A stretch of 64,000 nucleotides of DNA from an uncultured Gemmatimonadales bacterium (lineage in GTDB: Bacteria > Gemmatimonadota > Gemmatimonadetes > Gemmatimonadales > Gemmatimonadaceae). The notes below the pieces were generated by a model, which was given only the letters and a program-made list of their open reading frames with translations, did not search any database and was not told the origin of the DNA. A program made the translations under genes and the position numbers. Positions within the stretch are counted from its first letter, which is position 1; each line of letters starts with the position of its first letter. Positions 46,749 through 56,940 of the stretch are shown here, piece by piece. Location of the stretch: contig CAWBZV010000005.1 in assembly GCA_963793305.1 (NCBI GenBank), positions 1,248,001 to 1,312,000 of the forward strand, in the 5' to 3' direction.

Positions 46749-48660
46749 GTGCACCATCTCAAAATCCGCTCGAAGCTGGCGTTGATGTTGCTGCTGCCAC
46801 TCGGCGGGCTCGGGCTGCTCGTCGCCCTGGACGTTGCGCGCGCCAACGACGCCGCGCAGCGCGCGCGAACGCAGCGACAATTCGCCGACGTTGTGGTGCG
46901 CGTTGGCGAATTCGTGCACGCCGTGCAGGACGAGCGCACGGGGTCCGCAAACCCGAAGCTCGCTGCCGACCTGGCAGCCGAGCGCGCCAAGACGGATAGC
47001 GAGTTGAGCTTGTTACGTTCGACGACGGCCTCGATCGATACGACCCGTTACACGAAGCAGATCCGTGGCGCGTTGGCCTATGCCTCGCGACAGGTCGACT
47101 GGCTGGCCGTCGTACGGAACGGCATCACGGCGCGCGACGAGACGCCGATTCAGGTGCTCGACTCTTATGGCGATCTCGTGGGCTCGCATCTCGATGTGGA
47201 CGGAGCGATGGGCAGTATGAGCGCCGATGTCGAGACCGCGCGCCGGGCGTCCTCCTATCTCGCCCTGGCACAGGCGAATGAGCAATTGGCGCTCTCCCAG
47301 GCCGCGAATGTCTTCGGACTCAGGGATCGCGCGGCGGCGGCACTGGCCGAGCAGCGCGCGTACGCCGAGCAGTTCGCCCGGTCGGCGGACTCCGATGATG
47401 TCGAGGCCTATAAGGCGGCCGGCGACTCGTTGCCACTGGTTCGCTCGATCGAGGACACCCTGGCCGCCGACCTCCAACAGCGAGCAACCGATGTCCGCCA
47501 GGCGGCGGTGCGATCGGAGACGGGGCTCGTGACCGGCTCGTCGCTGGTGTTGGTCATCGCGGTCATGCTCGCGGCCGGCCTCGGACGCGACGTCGTGCAG
47601 TCGTTGAGCGCTGTCACCCGGGCGGCTAGGCAAGTGGCCGATCGCGATCTCCGCGTGGACGTTGCGGAGGCACACGGCGATTTTGGCCAACTGGCCCTGG
47701 CGTTCCGCGAGATGATCGAGCACCTGCGGGCCATCATTCGCGAAGGCGAGCACGCCTCGCGCCGCGTCGAGGAGCTCGCGGCCACGATCGCGTCGTCGAG
47801 CGAGCAACTGTCGGCGTCTGGCGAAGAGGTCACCGGCGCCGTTGCCACGATTGCCGCGGCCGCATTCGGAGCAGCTCGCGAGTATGCGGTCGATCGAGGG
47901 GGCGCTGGCCGACATGGAACGGCGCGCCGACGAGATCATGGCTGCTGCCTCCGGGGTGCTGGAGCTGGGCGATCAGATTGCGTCGACCGCCGACGAGAGT
48001 CGCGTCGGTCTGAGCCGCGCGCTGGCGTTACTGGTCGACATCGGGACGTTCGTCGACACGACGGCGGGGCAGGTCGATCAACTGGCCACGCGATCCGAGG
48101 CCATCGAAGGCTTTGCCTCGACCATCACGCGCGTGGCCAAACAGAGCGCGTTGCTCGCGCTCAACGCGGCGATCGAGGCCGCGCGCGCCGGCGAGGCGGG
48201 TCGCGGATTCGCCGTCGTCGCGGGCGAGATGCGACAACTCGCCGAAGACTCGGCGAAATCGGCGTCGGAGATTACGGATCACGTGCGCGGCGTGCGCGAC
48301 AGCATGCTGTCCGTCGTGTCCACGATGGAGCAGGGGCGCGAGCGGGTGGTCGGCGTACAAGAGGTCTCCCGCGACGCCGAGCGCGCCCTCGAGCGCATCG
48401 GCACGTCGGTCGAACGGGTCCGCGTCGCCGCCCAGGGCGTCGCCCAGGCTGCCTCCGACAATCGCCGCGACGTGACCGGCGTCAACCGCGCCGTCGCTGC
48501 CGCCTCTGCCGCCGCGGCCGCGCACGCCTCCGGCGCCGAGCAGGTCGCGGCCTCGGCCCACGAGCAGACCGCCGTCACCCAAAACGTGTCGGCCACCGGC
48601 GCCGAACTGCTAGAGGCGGTCGCTGGAGTGCGTTCCGTCATCGCGGCATTTCGGACCTGA
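46749..48660 (+). CDS. Methyl-accepting chemotaxis protein with NIT-like sensor (one extra base at 47865-47866)
   Basis: [40 protein letters not shown] signalling hairpin; 637 codons when corrected. Confidence 0.88.
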
Positions 48661-48685
48661 CGCCCGCGTACTAGGTTGGGCCGCT

Positions 48686-49918
48686 ATGGCGGCTCACCTG
48701 ATCCTGCTCCTCGCGCTCCTCCAGCAGCCCGACTCGACGTACCACGATCACATCGCGGCCGCGCGCGCGAGCGCTCCGCCGGCCGCGCGCGAGCATTTGC
48801 TGCGCGCACTGGCCTTGCTCCACGGCCATTCGGACGTGTTCTACCTGCTGGCGCGCAATGCCATGGTGATGGGGCAGCCGGAGGCGGCTGTCGGCTATCT
48901 GCGCACCATCGCCGCGATGGGCCTCGCGTACGACGCCGAGAGCGACTCGACGCTCGCCCCGTTGCGCAACCGCGCGGACTTCCGGGCCGTGGTGGCGGCT
49001 ATGGCCGCGAACAAGAGTCCGATCGGTCACGCTACGACAGTCGCGACGCTCGATGACCCCGATCTCCTCACGGAAGACGTGGCCTATGATCCGTCCGATC
49101 GAACGTTCTATCTGAGCTCGATTCACCGGAGAAAAATCGTCGCGATCTCGGCGGATGGCGGGCGAGCGACGTTCGCGACGACGGCGTTAGCCCCGATGGC
49201 CCTCGTGGTCGACACGAAGCGTCACACCCTGTGGGCGTCCATCGCGGGCATGGCCCAAGCCGAGGGACACGAGCCGGCGGACACAGGTCGTAGTGGCGTC
49301 CTTCGCTATGACCTGACCACGCGAAAGCTGATCGCGCACTACGACCTGCCGGTCGATGGCCCGCAACACGTCCTCGGCGACATGACGCTCGACGCCTCCG
49401 GCAACGCGATCGTGTCCGACGGCGCCGGCGGCGGCGTGTACAAGATCGATCGCGAGCGAGGCGTGCTCTCGGCCTTGATCCCACCGGGCACCTTCCAGTC
49501 CCCGCAGAACCCGGCCGTCGCCCAGGATGGCCAGATTCTCGTGGCCGACTACGCCATGGGCGTCGCCACGATCGACCCGGCAACCCACGCGGTCTCGTGG
49601 ATCGCCCACGCGGACACCGTCGCGCTGAACGGCATCGACGGGATGTACCTCGTCGGCCACGTCCTCTACGCGATCCAGAACGGCACGAACCCCGAGCGCG
49701 TGACGCGCTTCGTGCTCGACCCGGACCTCCGCCGGGTCGTCACCTGGTCGGTCGTCGAGCGCGCGACGCCGGGTCTCGGCGACCCCACCCACGGCGTGGT
49801 CGTCGGCAACGATCTCATTTTCATCGCCAACAGCGGGTGGGACCGCTTCGGGGACGACGGCCACATCACAAATCCGCAGGGCACGCCGGCGCGGCTGGAG
49901 AAGACGAAACTGGAATAA
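48686..49918 (+). CDS. Secreted SMP-30/gluconolactonase-like beta-propeller protein
   Basis: Signal peptide, helical N-terminal domain, TEDVAYDP, GIDGM, IQNG. Confidence 0.72.
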   Translation: MAAHLILLLALLQQPDSTYHDHIAAARASAPPAAREHLLRALALLHGHSDVFYLLARNAMVMGQPEAAVGYLRTIAAMGLAYDAESDSTLAPLRNRADFRAVVAAMAANKSPIGHATTVATLDDPDLLTEDVAYDPSDRTFYLSSIHRRKIVAISADGGRATFATTALAPMALVVDTKRHTLWASIAGMAQAEGHEPADTGRSGVLRYDLTTRKLIAHYDLPVDGPQHVLGDMTLDASGNAIVSDGAGGGVYKIDRERGVLSALIPPGTFQSPQNPAVAQDGQILVADYAMGVATIDPATHAVSWIAHADTVALNGIDGMYLVGHVLYAIQNGTNPERVTRFVLDPDLRRVVTWSVVERATPGLGDPTHGVVVGNDLIFIANSGWDRFGDDGHITNPQGTPARLEKTKLE

Positions 49919-49939
49919 GCCCTCGCGCATACTATCGGC

Positions 49940-52105
49940 ATGTCCGACCAACGGCGGGCCGAAGCGCTCATTGCGGGCTTCTACGCGGCGCTGGCCGCCT
50001 GCGCCATGCTCGAGACGGTGCGCGATGCCACAGGCGCGATCGTCGACTTCTTGGTGATCGCGGTCAATCCGAGCGCCGAGCGACTGCTCGGGTGCTGCGA
50101 CTACCAGGTCGCCGGCACGTCGGTAACGTCGTTGCCGGAGCTCGCGGGAAATTACGCGTCGGTCGTCGACACGGGCGAGCCGCTCGTGGAGGAGTTCCGT
50201 CTCGCGCGCGGCGGTTGGGTCCACCGGATCGCCACGCGGACTCCCACGGGCGCGCTCGTGGTGCTGCGCGATGTCAGCGATGACGCCTACCTGGTGCGGT
50301 CCAACGATCGGTTCTTCCAACTCTCGGCCGATCTCATGCTGCTGGCCGGTTCCGATGGCTCCGTCAAACGCGTCAATCCGGCCTGTACGAGCGTCCTCGG
50401 TTGGACCGAAGCCGAGCTCCTCGGCATGAACGTCTCGACGCTGGTCCGCTCGGACGGTCATGTCCGCTGCAAAGACGGCAGCTACCGCTGGATTGCATGG
50501 TCGAACGTGTCGGACGGCTATCTGATCGGACGGGATGTCACCGAGGAGCGCCAACAGAACGCCTTGCTCACGGCCATTGTCGAAGAGACCTCGGACGTTG
50601 TCTTCGTGAAGGACACGGATGGCCGCTACATCCTCGTGCACGGCAACACGGGTGTGAACGGTGTTTCGAATACGGCGTTTCTCGGGCACACGGACGCGGA
50701 GGTCGTGCCCGAGTGGGCGCCAATGCGTCGCGCATCGGATCTCCGCGTGATGGCGTCTGGCGAGGCCGAGACGATCGAGCAGGAGTACATGCGGGGCGGG
50801 ACGCGCTACACGTTCATGGTCACCAAGGCGCCGTACCGGGCGCCCGATGGGACCATCATCGGTGTCCTCGGCGTCGCGCGCGAAGTCACGGCGATCCGCC
50901 GCCTCGAGACCCGGATGCAGCAGGCCCAGAAGATGGATGCCGTGGGCCGCCTGGCGGGCGGCGTCGCCCATGACTTCAACAATCTCCTGACGGCGATCTT
51001 GAGCTTCGCCTCACTCGCGGGGGAGTCGTTGGTGCGGGAACATCCCGCTCAGGCCGACTTGCGCGAGATCCATCGTGCCGCCGAAGAGGCCGCGGTGCTG
51101 ACGCGCCAGATGCTCGCGTTCAGCCGGCAACAGATCCTCGATCCGTGTCCGATCGACATCAACGATCTCGTCAAGCGAGAAGAACGCCTCCTCAAAAGCC
51201 TCCTCGGCGAGCGTGTGGCGGTCACCATCGCGATGGATCCAGACCTCGCGATCGTCGAGGTCGATCCGGGACAGTTCGTGCAAGTCCTGATCAATCTCGT
51301 GGTCAATGCCGGTCACGCAATGTCGAACGGTGGCCAGCTGTGGATCGAGACGGCCAACACACGGGTCACGTCCGCCGACGCGGAGCGTTTGCCGGGATTA
51401 CCCCCGGGACGCTACGTGCGACTGGCGGTCCGAGATACGGGTGTCGGCATGGATGAAACCACCCGGCAGCGCGTCTTCGAGCCGTTCTTCACCACGAAGC
51501 CCGAAGGGGAGGGCACAGGTCTCGGACTGTCGTCCGTGTACGGCATCGTCAAGCAATCGCACGGCGGCGTATACGTGGAAAGCGAGCTCGGGGCTGGGAG
51601 CGAGTTCGCCGTCTACCTCCCGGCGGTCGAGGCGGCCGCGCGTTCTTTGCTCCCGCTTGCGCCGATCGCGACGCCGCTGGGCCATGAGACGATTCTCGTC
51701 GTCGAAGACAATCCCGCGGTGCGCCATGCCGTCGCGCGGATGCTCGCCGAAGCCGGCTACCATGTCCTCGCGGCGTCCAGTGGCGCCGAAGCGCTGGACC
51801 TCGCACGGGGAGCGGTCGACCTCGTCGTGTCGGATCTCGTCATGCCGGGCATGGGCGGGCGCATGCTCGTCAACCGGTTGCGCGCCGGGTACCCGAACTT
51901 GCGGGCGCTGTTCATCTCGGGCGTGGAGCGCGATGCCGCGGTCGTGCCCTCGGGCACGGCGTTCCTGCCAAAGCCATTCGGCGCGGACGCGCTCCTCCGC
52001 GCGGTGCGCGCCGTCCTCGACAGCACGCCAGGTCACCCCTCCGCCGGGCTCGCCGCATCGCCGGAGTCAACTCGGCCAGATGGGCGCGATGACGCTGGTC
52101 ATTAA
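49940..52105 (+). CDS. Multi-PAS hybrid histidine kinase/receiver (CckA-like)
   Basis: GGVAHDFNNLL H-box, FEPFFTTK..GTGLGL, receiver VVED..SDLVMPG..KP. Confidence 0.93.
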   Translation: MSDQRRAEALIAGFYAALAACAMLETVRDATGAIVDFLVIAVNPSAERLLGCCDYQVAGTSVTSLPELAGNYASVVDTGEPLVEEFRLARGGWVHRIATRTPTGALVVLRDVSDDAYLVRSNDRFFQLSADLMLLAGSDGSVKRVNPACTSVLGWTEAELLGMNVSTLVRSDGHVRCKDGSYRWIAWSNVSDGYLIGRDVTEERQQNALLTAIVEETSDVVFVKDTDGRYILVHGNTGVNGVSNTAFLGHTDAEVVPEWAPMRRASDLRVMASGEAETIEQEYMRGGTRYTFMVTKAPYRAPDGTIIGVLGVAREVTAIRRLETRMQQAQKMDAVGRLAGGVAHDFNNLLTAILSFASLAGESLVREHPAQADLREIHRAAEEAAVLTRQMLAFSRQQILDPCPIDINDLVKREERLLKSLLGERVAVTIAMDPDLAIVEVDPGQFVQVLINLVVNAGHAMSNGGQLWIETANTRVTSADAERLPGLPPGRYVRLAVRDTGVGMDETTRQRVFEPFFTTKPEGEGTGLGLSSVYGIVKQSHGGVYVESELGAGSEFAVYLPAVEAAARSLLPLAPIATPLGHETILVVEDNPAVRHAVARMLAEAGYHVLAASSGAEALDLARGAVDLVVSDLVMPGMGGRMLVNRLRAGYPNLRALFISGVERDAAVVPSGTAFLPKPFGADALLRAVRAVLDSTPGHPSAGLAASPESTRPDGRDDAGH

Positions 52106-52298
52106 GACACGCGCGGGAATCGGCACCGAGATCCCGGTCGCGCAACGGCGCGAGGATTTTCGCATTCTGGACATCTACCGGGACAACGCGGTCGCAAAGA
52201 TCGTCGCGTCCGACTGGATCGACTATCTCGAGCTGGCCCGCTGGAACGGCCAGTGGAAGATCGTCAACGTGCTGTGGGCTCTGACACCGAAGGATTAA
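52061..52298 (+). pseudogene. C-terminal remnant of an NTF2-like (Lumazine_bd_2-type) protein
   Basis: ILDIYRDNAVAKIVASDWIDYLELARWNGQWKIVNVLW; N-terminal half absent and overlapped by the kinase tail. Confidence 0.55.
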
Positions 52299-52648
52299 GT
52301 CCAGCGCCGAGCGAGCAGCGTCGCCAGGGGCTGCACCAGCGCCAACGGGTCGGCGTCGGGCTCGATCGCGACCGACACGTGCCCCCATGTGGTTGGCACG
52401 ACCAGTTGGTAGAGCCGGCCATAGCGAATCAGCACGAACTTGAGTCCGCCGACATCGATGTTCCCGCGCTGAGTCACGAGCGTGAGCAACGTCGGATTGA
52501 CGATCAGCTCCTCGTACCGGTCGGACTCCGCGCTGGACGCCCCGGCGCGATTGGGACGGCTTTTGGATGTGAGCTCCCCGTGATTATACGTCGCGACATA
52601 CCGGACGACGGGGGAGACAGCGAAAATGGCATCAATGAGCGCGTCCAC
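52295..52648 (-). CDS. Hypothetical protein, possible roadblock/profilin-like fold
   Basis: 117 aa; VRYVA..LIRYG..HVSVAIE pattern; preceded by a -10-like TAGATT. Confidence 0.65.
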   Translation of the reverse strand: MDALIDAIFAVSPVVRYVATYNHGELTSKSRPNRAGASSAESDRYEELIVNPTLLTLVTQRGNIDVGGLKFVLIRYGRLYQLVVPTTWGHVSVAIEPDADPLALVQPLATLLARRWT

Positions 52649-52682
52649 GGCGCGTAATCTAATAGTGCGTTAAGTTCGGTCC

Positions 52683-53288
52683 ATGCTGAAACCCTGGGCT
52701 GCACTCTTCGTGCTGACACTGGGTTGCTCGCCCAAGGTCTACTCGATCTTCCAGGAAGGGCATCACAAGTTCGCATACAAGAGCGATCGCGTCATCGTCT
52801 GGGACGTTCGAGTGCCACCGCGCACGGCGACGCGCATGCACGATCACGAGTTCGACTACCTGTTCGTCACCCTGGGCCCGGCAGTGGTGACCAGCATTCC
52901 GTTGAAGGGCCCGCCGACGCAGCTCGTGCTCCAGGACGGCGACGTCCGGTTCACGAAAGGTCCGCTGATTCACGCGGCCAAGAACACCAGCAATCAGCCC
53001 TTTCACAACGTGACGATCGAGCTGACCAAGCCCTCCACGAACGTCACGCCGTGCGATTCGCCGTGCGTCTACACATCGGACCAGTGGACGGCATACTCCA
53101 TCACGCTCGCTCCCGGCGAGCACGTGGACACGCAGGATGCGTTGGTCGTCCCGGTCTCGTACGTCAACTTGACCCACCGTCCCGAGCAGCCCCTCCGCAT
53201 CTATCCGGGACAGGTCAACGATACGCGCCACCCGCTGACCAACGCCGGGCCATCGGACGCGCGGTTCATGCTCCTGGAGTTCAAGTAG
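52683..53288 (+). CDS. Cupin-domain lipoprotein
   Basis: Lipobox TLGC; MHDHEFDY..IHAAKN cupin motifs. Confidence 0.75.
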   Translation: MLKPWAALFVLTLGCSPKVYSIFQEGHHKFAYKSDRVIVWDVRVPPRTATRMHDHEFDYLFVTLGPAVVTSIPLKGPPTQLVLQDGDVRFTKGPLIHAAKNTSNQPFHNVTIELTKPSTNVTPCDSPCVYTSDQWTAYSITLAPGEHVDTQDALVVPVSYVNLTHRPEQPLRIYPGQVNDTRHPLTNAGPSDARFMLLEFK

Positions 53289-53291
53289 CGC

Positions 53292-54473
53292 GTGGCGGCC
53301 CGCGGATCTGGCGCGGCGGTCGCGGCGAGCTTCCTCGGCTGGACACTCGACGCATTCGATTTCTTCCTCGTCGTCATCTCGGTGCCGGCGATCGCGGCCG
53401 AATTCCATCAGCCGATCAAGGCCGTCGCGCTCTCGCTGACGCTGACCTTGCTGCTCCGGCCACTCGGCGCGGCCATCTTCGGCCTCATGGCCGAGCGCTA
53501 CGGACGCCGGCTGCCGCTCATGATCGACCTCGTGTTCTTCGCCATCATCGAGGTCGCCACGGGTTTCGCGCCGACATTCGCGTCATTTCTCGTCCTGCGC
53601 GCCCTGTTCGGGATCGGCATGGGCGGTGAATGGGGCGTGGGTGCGGCGCTGGCAATGGAGAAAGCGCCGTCGAATCGCCGCGGGATGTTGTCCGGTCTGC
53701 TGCAGGAAGGCTACGCAGCAGGGTACCTGCTCGCCGCCGTCTGTTCATTCTTCGTGCTCCCGAAATTTGGATGGCGCCCGATGTTCTTCATCGGTGGCCT
53801 CCCGGCGCTCTTGGCGATCTTTGTGCGTTTCCGGGTCACCGAATCAGAGGTGTGGGAACGCACGCGCCACACGAGCTGGCGGCTGTTGTTCGATGGCGTG
53901 TTCTCGCAATGGCGCCTGTTCTTGGGGCTCGTGTTGCTCATGACGATGATGAACCTCGTCTCGCACGGCACCCAGGATCTCTATCCGACGTTCCTGCAGA
54001 AAACCCGTGGCTTCTCGCCGGAACGAACGGCAGTCGTGACCGCGCTCTCGATGATCGGTGCGCTGGCCGGCGGCCTCTGGTTCGGGTCGCTCTCGGATAC
54101 GTTCGGGCGCCGGAAGGCGATGATCGGCGCGCTCGTCGGCGCGGTCGTCATGGTGCCGCTCTGGGTATTCGCGCCGTCGTTCCCGACCATCCTCGCGGGC
54201 GCGTTTCTCATGCAGTTCATGGTGCAGGGCGCATGGGGCATCATTCCCGCGCATATCAACGAGCTGTCGCCCGACGGCGTGCGCGGCTTCATGCCAGGGT
54301 TCGGGTACCAGTGTGGCGCGGCCCTGGCTGGATGGGTCCCGTTTGCGCTCGCCGCGCTCGCCGAGCACACGGGGTACGCGATCGCCATGGCTGGCACTGC
54401 CGTCGTCGTCTGTTCTCTCGCGGCCCTCGTGGTGGCAACGGGTCGCGAGAAGCGCGGAGTGACGTTCGGTTAG
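53292..54473 (+). CDS. MFS transporter (SHS/carboxylate type)
   Basis: GWTLDAFDFF, GMGGEW, SHGTQDLYPTFL, QGAWG. Confidence 0.9.
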   Translation: MAARGSGAAVAASFLGWTLDAFDFFLVVISVPAIAAEFHQPIKAVALSLTLTLLLRPLGAAIFGLMAERYGRRLPLMIDLVFFAIIEVATGFAPTFASFLVLRALFGIGMGGEWGVGAALAMEKAPSNRRGMLSGLLQEGYAAGYLLAAVCSFFVLPKFGWRPMFFIGGLPALLAIFVRFRVTESEVWERTRHTSWRLLFDGVFSQWRLFLGLVLLMTMMNLVSHGTQDLYPTFLQKTRGFSPERTAVVTALSMIGALAGGLWFGSLSDTFGRRKAMIGALVGAVVMVPLWVFAPSFPTILAGAFLMQFMVQGAWGIIPAHINELSPDGVRGFMPGFGYQCGAALAGWVPFALAALAEHTGYAIAMAGTAVVVCSLAALVVATGREKRGVTFG

Positions 54474-54508
54474 AAGCGCGACGAAGGAGCGCTCTGTCCA
54501 ACCGACTG

Positions 54509-54553
54509 GATTTAACTAGCAGCGTGCGTTTTTCAGCACCTGCTAGTTAAATC
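54509..54553. terminator. Long hairpin between convergent genes
   Basis: Perfect 14-bp inverted repeat GATTTAACTAGCAG / CTGCTAGTTAAATC plus inner GTGC/GCAC. Confidence 0.7.
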
Positions 54554-55514
54554 TCGCCTCTTTCAGCGGATCGAGGTTGACGTTCCCGCCGCTCAACACG
54601 CACACGACTTTTGCTCCCTTCGGCGCCTTGACGAGCCCATGGCGAAGGGCGGCAACCGGCGCAGCCGCGGCGCCTTCGATGACGAGCTTGCAGTGCGACA
54701 TGACCCAACGGACGGAGTCAAAAATGTCGCTATCGGGCAACGTTACAATGTCATCGACGAAGCGCCGCACGACTTCGAAGGTCTTCTCGCCGACCCGCTT
54801 GACCCGCAGCCCATCGATGATGCAGTCAACGCTCGGCAACGTCACAACATGGTCGGCCTGAACGCTGTTTTTCATCCCGGGCGCCCCCGACGACTCCACG
54901 CCAATGACGCGCACCTTGGGATTACGCGCCTTCACCGCCATGGAGACGCCGGAGATGAGCCCACCGCCGCCGATCGGCACGACGAGGACGTCAACGTCGG
55001 GCACGTCGTCCATGACCTCGTGGCCGAGCGTCCCTTGGCCGGCCATGAGATCGTAGTCGTCGAACGGATGCACGTAGGTGTATCCGCACTCGGTGATGAG
55101 CTCCTTCGCCCGCTCGTTCGCCTCATCCCAAATCGTGCCGTGCGAGACGACCTCGGCCCCGTAGGCTTTCGTCGCCGCGACTTTCGATGGCGTCGCGTTC
55201 GTCGCCATCACGACGACCGCGCGAATCCCATAGATCTTGGCCGCGAGCGCGACCCCCTGCGCGTGATTCCCGGCGGAAGAACAAATCACACCGCGCTGGC
55301 GTTCTTCGGGCGTGAGCTCGAGGAGTTTATTCAGCGGTCCCCGGAGCTTGTATGATCCAGTGCGCTGGAACATCTCGGCCTTGAGGTGCACGTCATAACC
55401 TGTCTCATGACTGAGAAGACTCAACGTCAGGATCGGCGTGTGATGTGCATGAGCGGAGACCCGGCGCCGCGCCTCGGCCCAGACCTCGGAGGTGAATGGA
55501 ATGCGATCAGGCAT
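54543..55514 (-). CDS. Threonine/serine dehydratase family PLP enzyme
   Basis: QRTGSYKLRG, SAGNHAQG, PIGGGGL, LSGGN; no ACT domain. Confidence 0.92.
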   Translation of the reverse strand: MPDRIPFTSEVWAEARRRVSAHAHHTPILTLSLLSHETGYDVHLKAEMFQRTGSYKLRGPLNKLLELTPEERQRGVICSSAGNHAQGVALAAKIYGIRAVVVMATNATPSKVAATKAYGAEVVSHGTIWDEANERAKELITECGYTYVHPFDDYDLMAGQGTLGHEVMDDVPDVDVLVVPIGGGGLISGVSMAVKARNPKVRVIGVESSGAPGMKNSVQADHVVTLPSVDCIIDGLRVKRVGEKTFEVVRRFVDDIVTLPDSDIFDSVRWVMSHCKLVIEGAAAAPVAALRHGLVKAPKGAKVVCVLSGGNVNLDPLKEARFN

Positions 55515-56458
55515 GGGCTGAATTTAGCACACTCAAAGGGAAATAGGCCGAGACACCCCAATTCGGCTGATCCACGATCTGCGAGATCTTGAGATCGGCG
55601 GCCAAGCTGCACAGGATGTATGCATCTCTCGGATCGAGCCCGCGCTCCGTGCCCAACCATCCGATCAACTCGCGCACCGCGTTCTTGGCGTTCGTCATGA
55701 GATCCGGTCCAAGCGCGGTCGCGGCGTAGTATCCGCCACGATCCGACTTCGGCTGCAGCGGTCCCGGTGGCGTGCGAAAGTGATATCGCCAGGGACGCAT
55801 GCCGCCGCCCTTGATGACGGAAAACCGGAGACTGAACCGCATGGGACTCTCGATGCCGGTCACGCAGACTTCTCCATCACCTTGCGCCGCGTGACAGTCG
55901 CCCGCCGAGAATAATCCCCCTCGGACGAAGACCGGCAGATACAACGTCGACCCGGCGGTCAGATGCCGGGTATCGATGTTCCCCCCGCCTTTCGTGGGTG
56001 GCAGCACATCGTGCGGTCCGGGCTCGTCGATCGCGACACCCATCGTGCCGCAGAACGGCGCGATGGGAATGGTGATGTCGGATCTCAACGCGGTGTCGAC
56101 GCCGTTCGTAAGATCGAAGTGACGGATGTACGGCTCGGGAAAGTCCTCGGCGAGAAGACCGAGCCCGGGAATGAGTCCGGCCCACCCCCAGTCGAGCGTC
56201 GAGAGACTGAGGACGTCGACTTGGAGTGTGTCACCGGGTTCAGCGCCGCGGACGAAGATCGGCCCGGCCAGGGGGTAGAGACGGTTGAAGTCGAGCGAGG
56301 TAAACACCGATGCGGGCGACCCGGGTCGAATCTGCCCGTCCGTCACTTCGTCTGTCTCGCAGTGCACCACGTCGCCGGAGTCGATCTCCACGACAGGTGG
56401 ATTCGCCCGGTCCCACTTGAAATGCACTTTGTCCCGTTCGAATGCGGTACTCGGCCAC
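55507..56458 (-). CDS. Acetamidase/formamidase family protein (one extra base at 56441-56442)
   Basis: GGNID, GDCHAAQGDGEV; strong RBS GAGGAGGAGG before the GTG at 56458; corrected N-terminus MAEYRIERDKVHFKWD. Confidence 0.9.
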
Positions 56459-56487
56459 GATCCCTCCTCCTCGTTATTGTATTACCG

Positions 56488-56940
56488 GTGAGCAAGCAGA
56501 GCGCAGGCGTACTGCTGTTTCGCCACCGAAACGGGGTGCTCGAGGTCTTTCTCGTGCACCCGGGCGGCCCCTTTTGGGTCCGTAAGGACGACGGCGCGTG
56601 GTCGATCCCAAAGGGTGAGATCAACCCCGGCGAAGAGCCGCTCGCGGCCGCGCGGCGCGAGTTCTCCGAGGAAACCGGCCTCACGCTGGACGGAGACCTC
56701 CTCCAGCTCGCGCCGGTGAAACAGAAGAGCGGCAAAGTCGTGCATGCGTGGGCGGTGCGCGGCGATGCCGATCCGGCGACGATCACGAGCAACACGTTTA
56801 CGTACAACGGCCGCGAATATCCCGAGGTCGACCGCGCCGCGTGGTTCAATCTTGCGGAAGCGCGCCGGAAGCTGTTGCCAGGTCAGGTGCCGCTGCTCGA
56901 TGAGCTCGACCGCCGTGTGTCTGCGGAAGAAACGCCGTGA
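56488..56940 (+). CDS. NUDIX hydrolase
   Basis: HPGGPFW..WSIPKGE..ARREFSEETG Nudix box. Confidence 0.9.
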   Translation: MSKQSAGVLLFRHRNGVLEVFLVHPGGPFWVRKDDGAWSIPKGEINPGEEPLAAARREFSEETGLTLDGDLLQLAPVKQKSGKVVHAWAVRGDADPATITSNTFTYNGREYPEVDRAAWFNLAEARRKLLPGQVPLLDELDRRVSAEETP

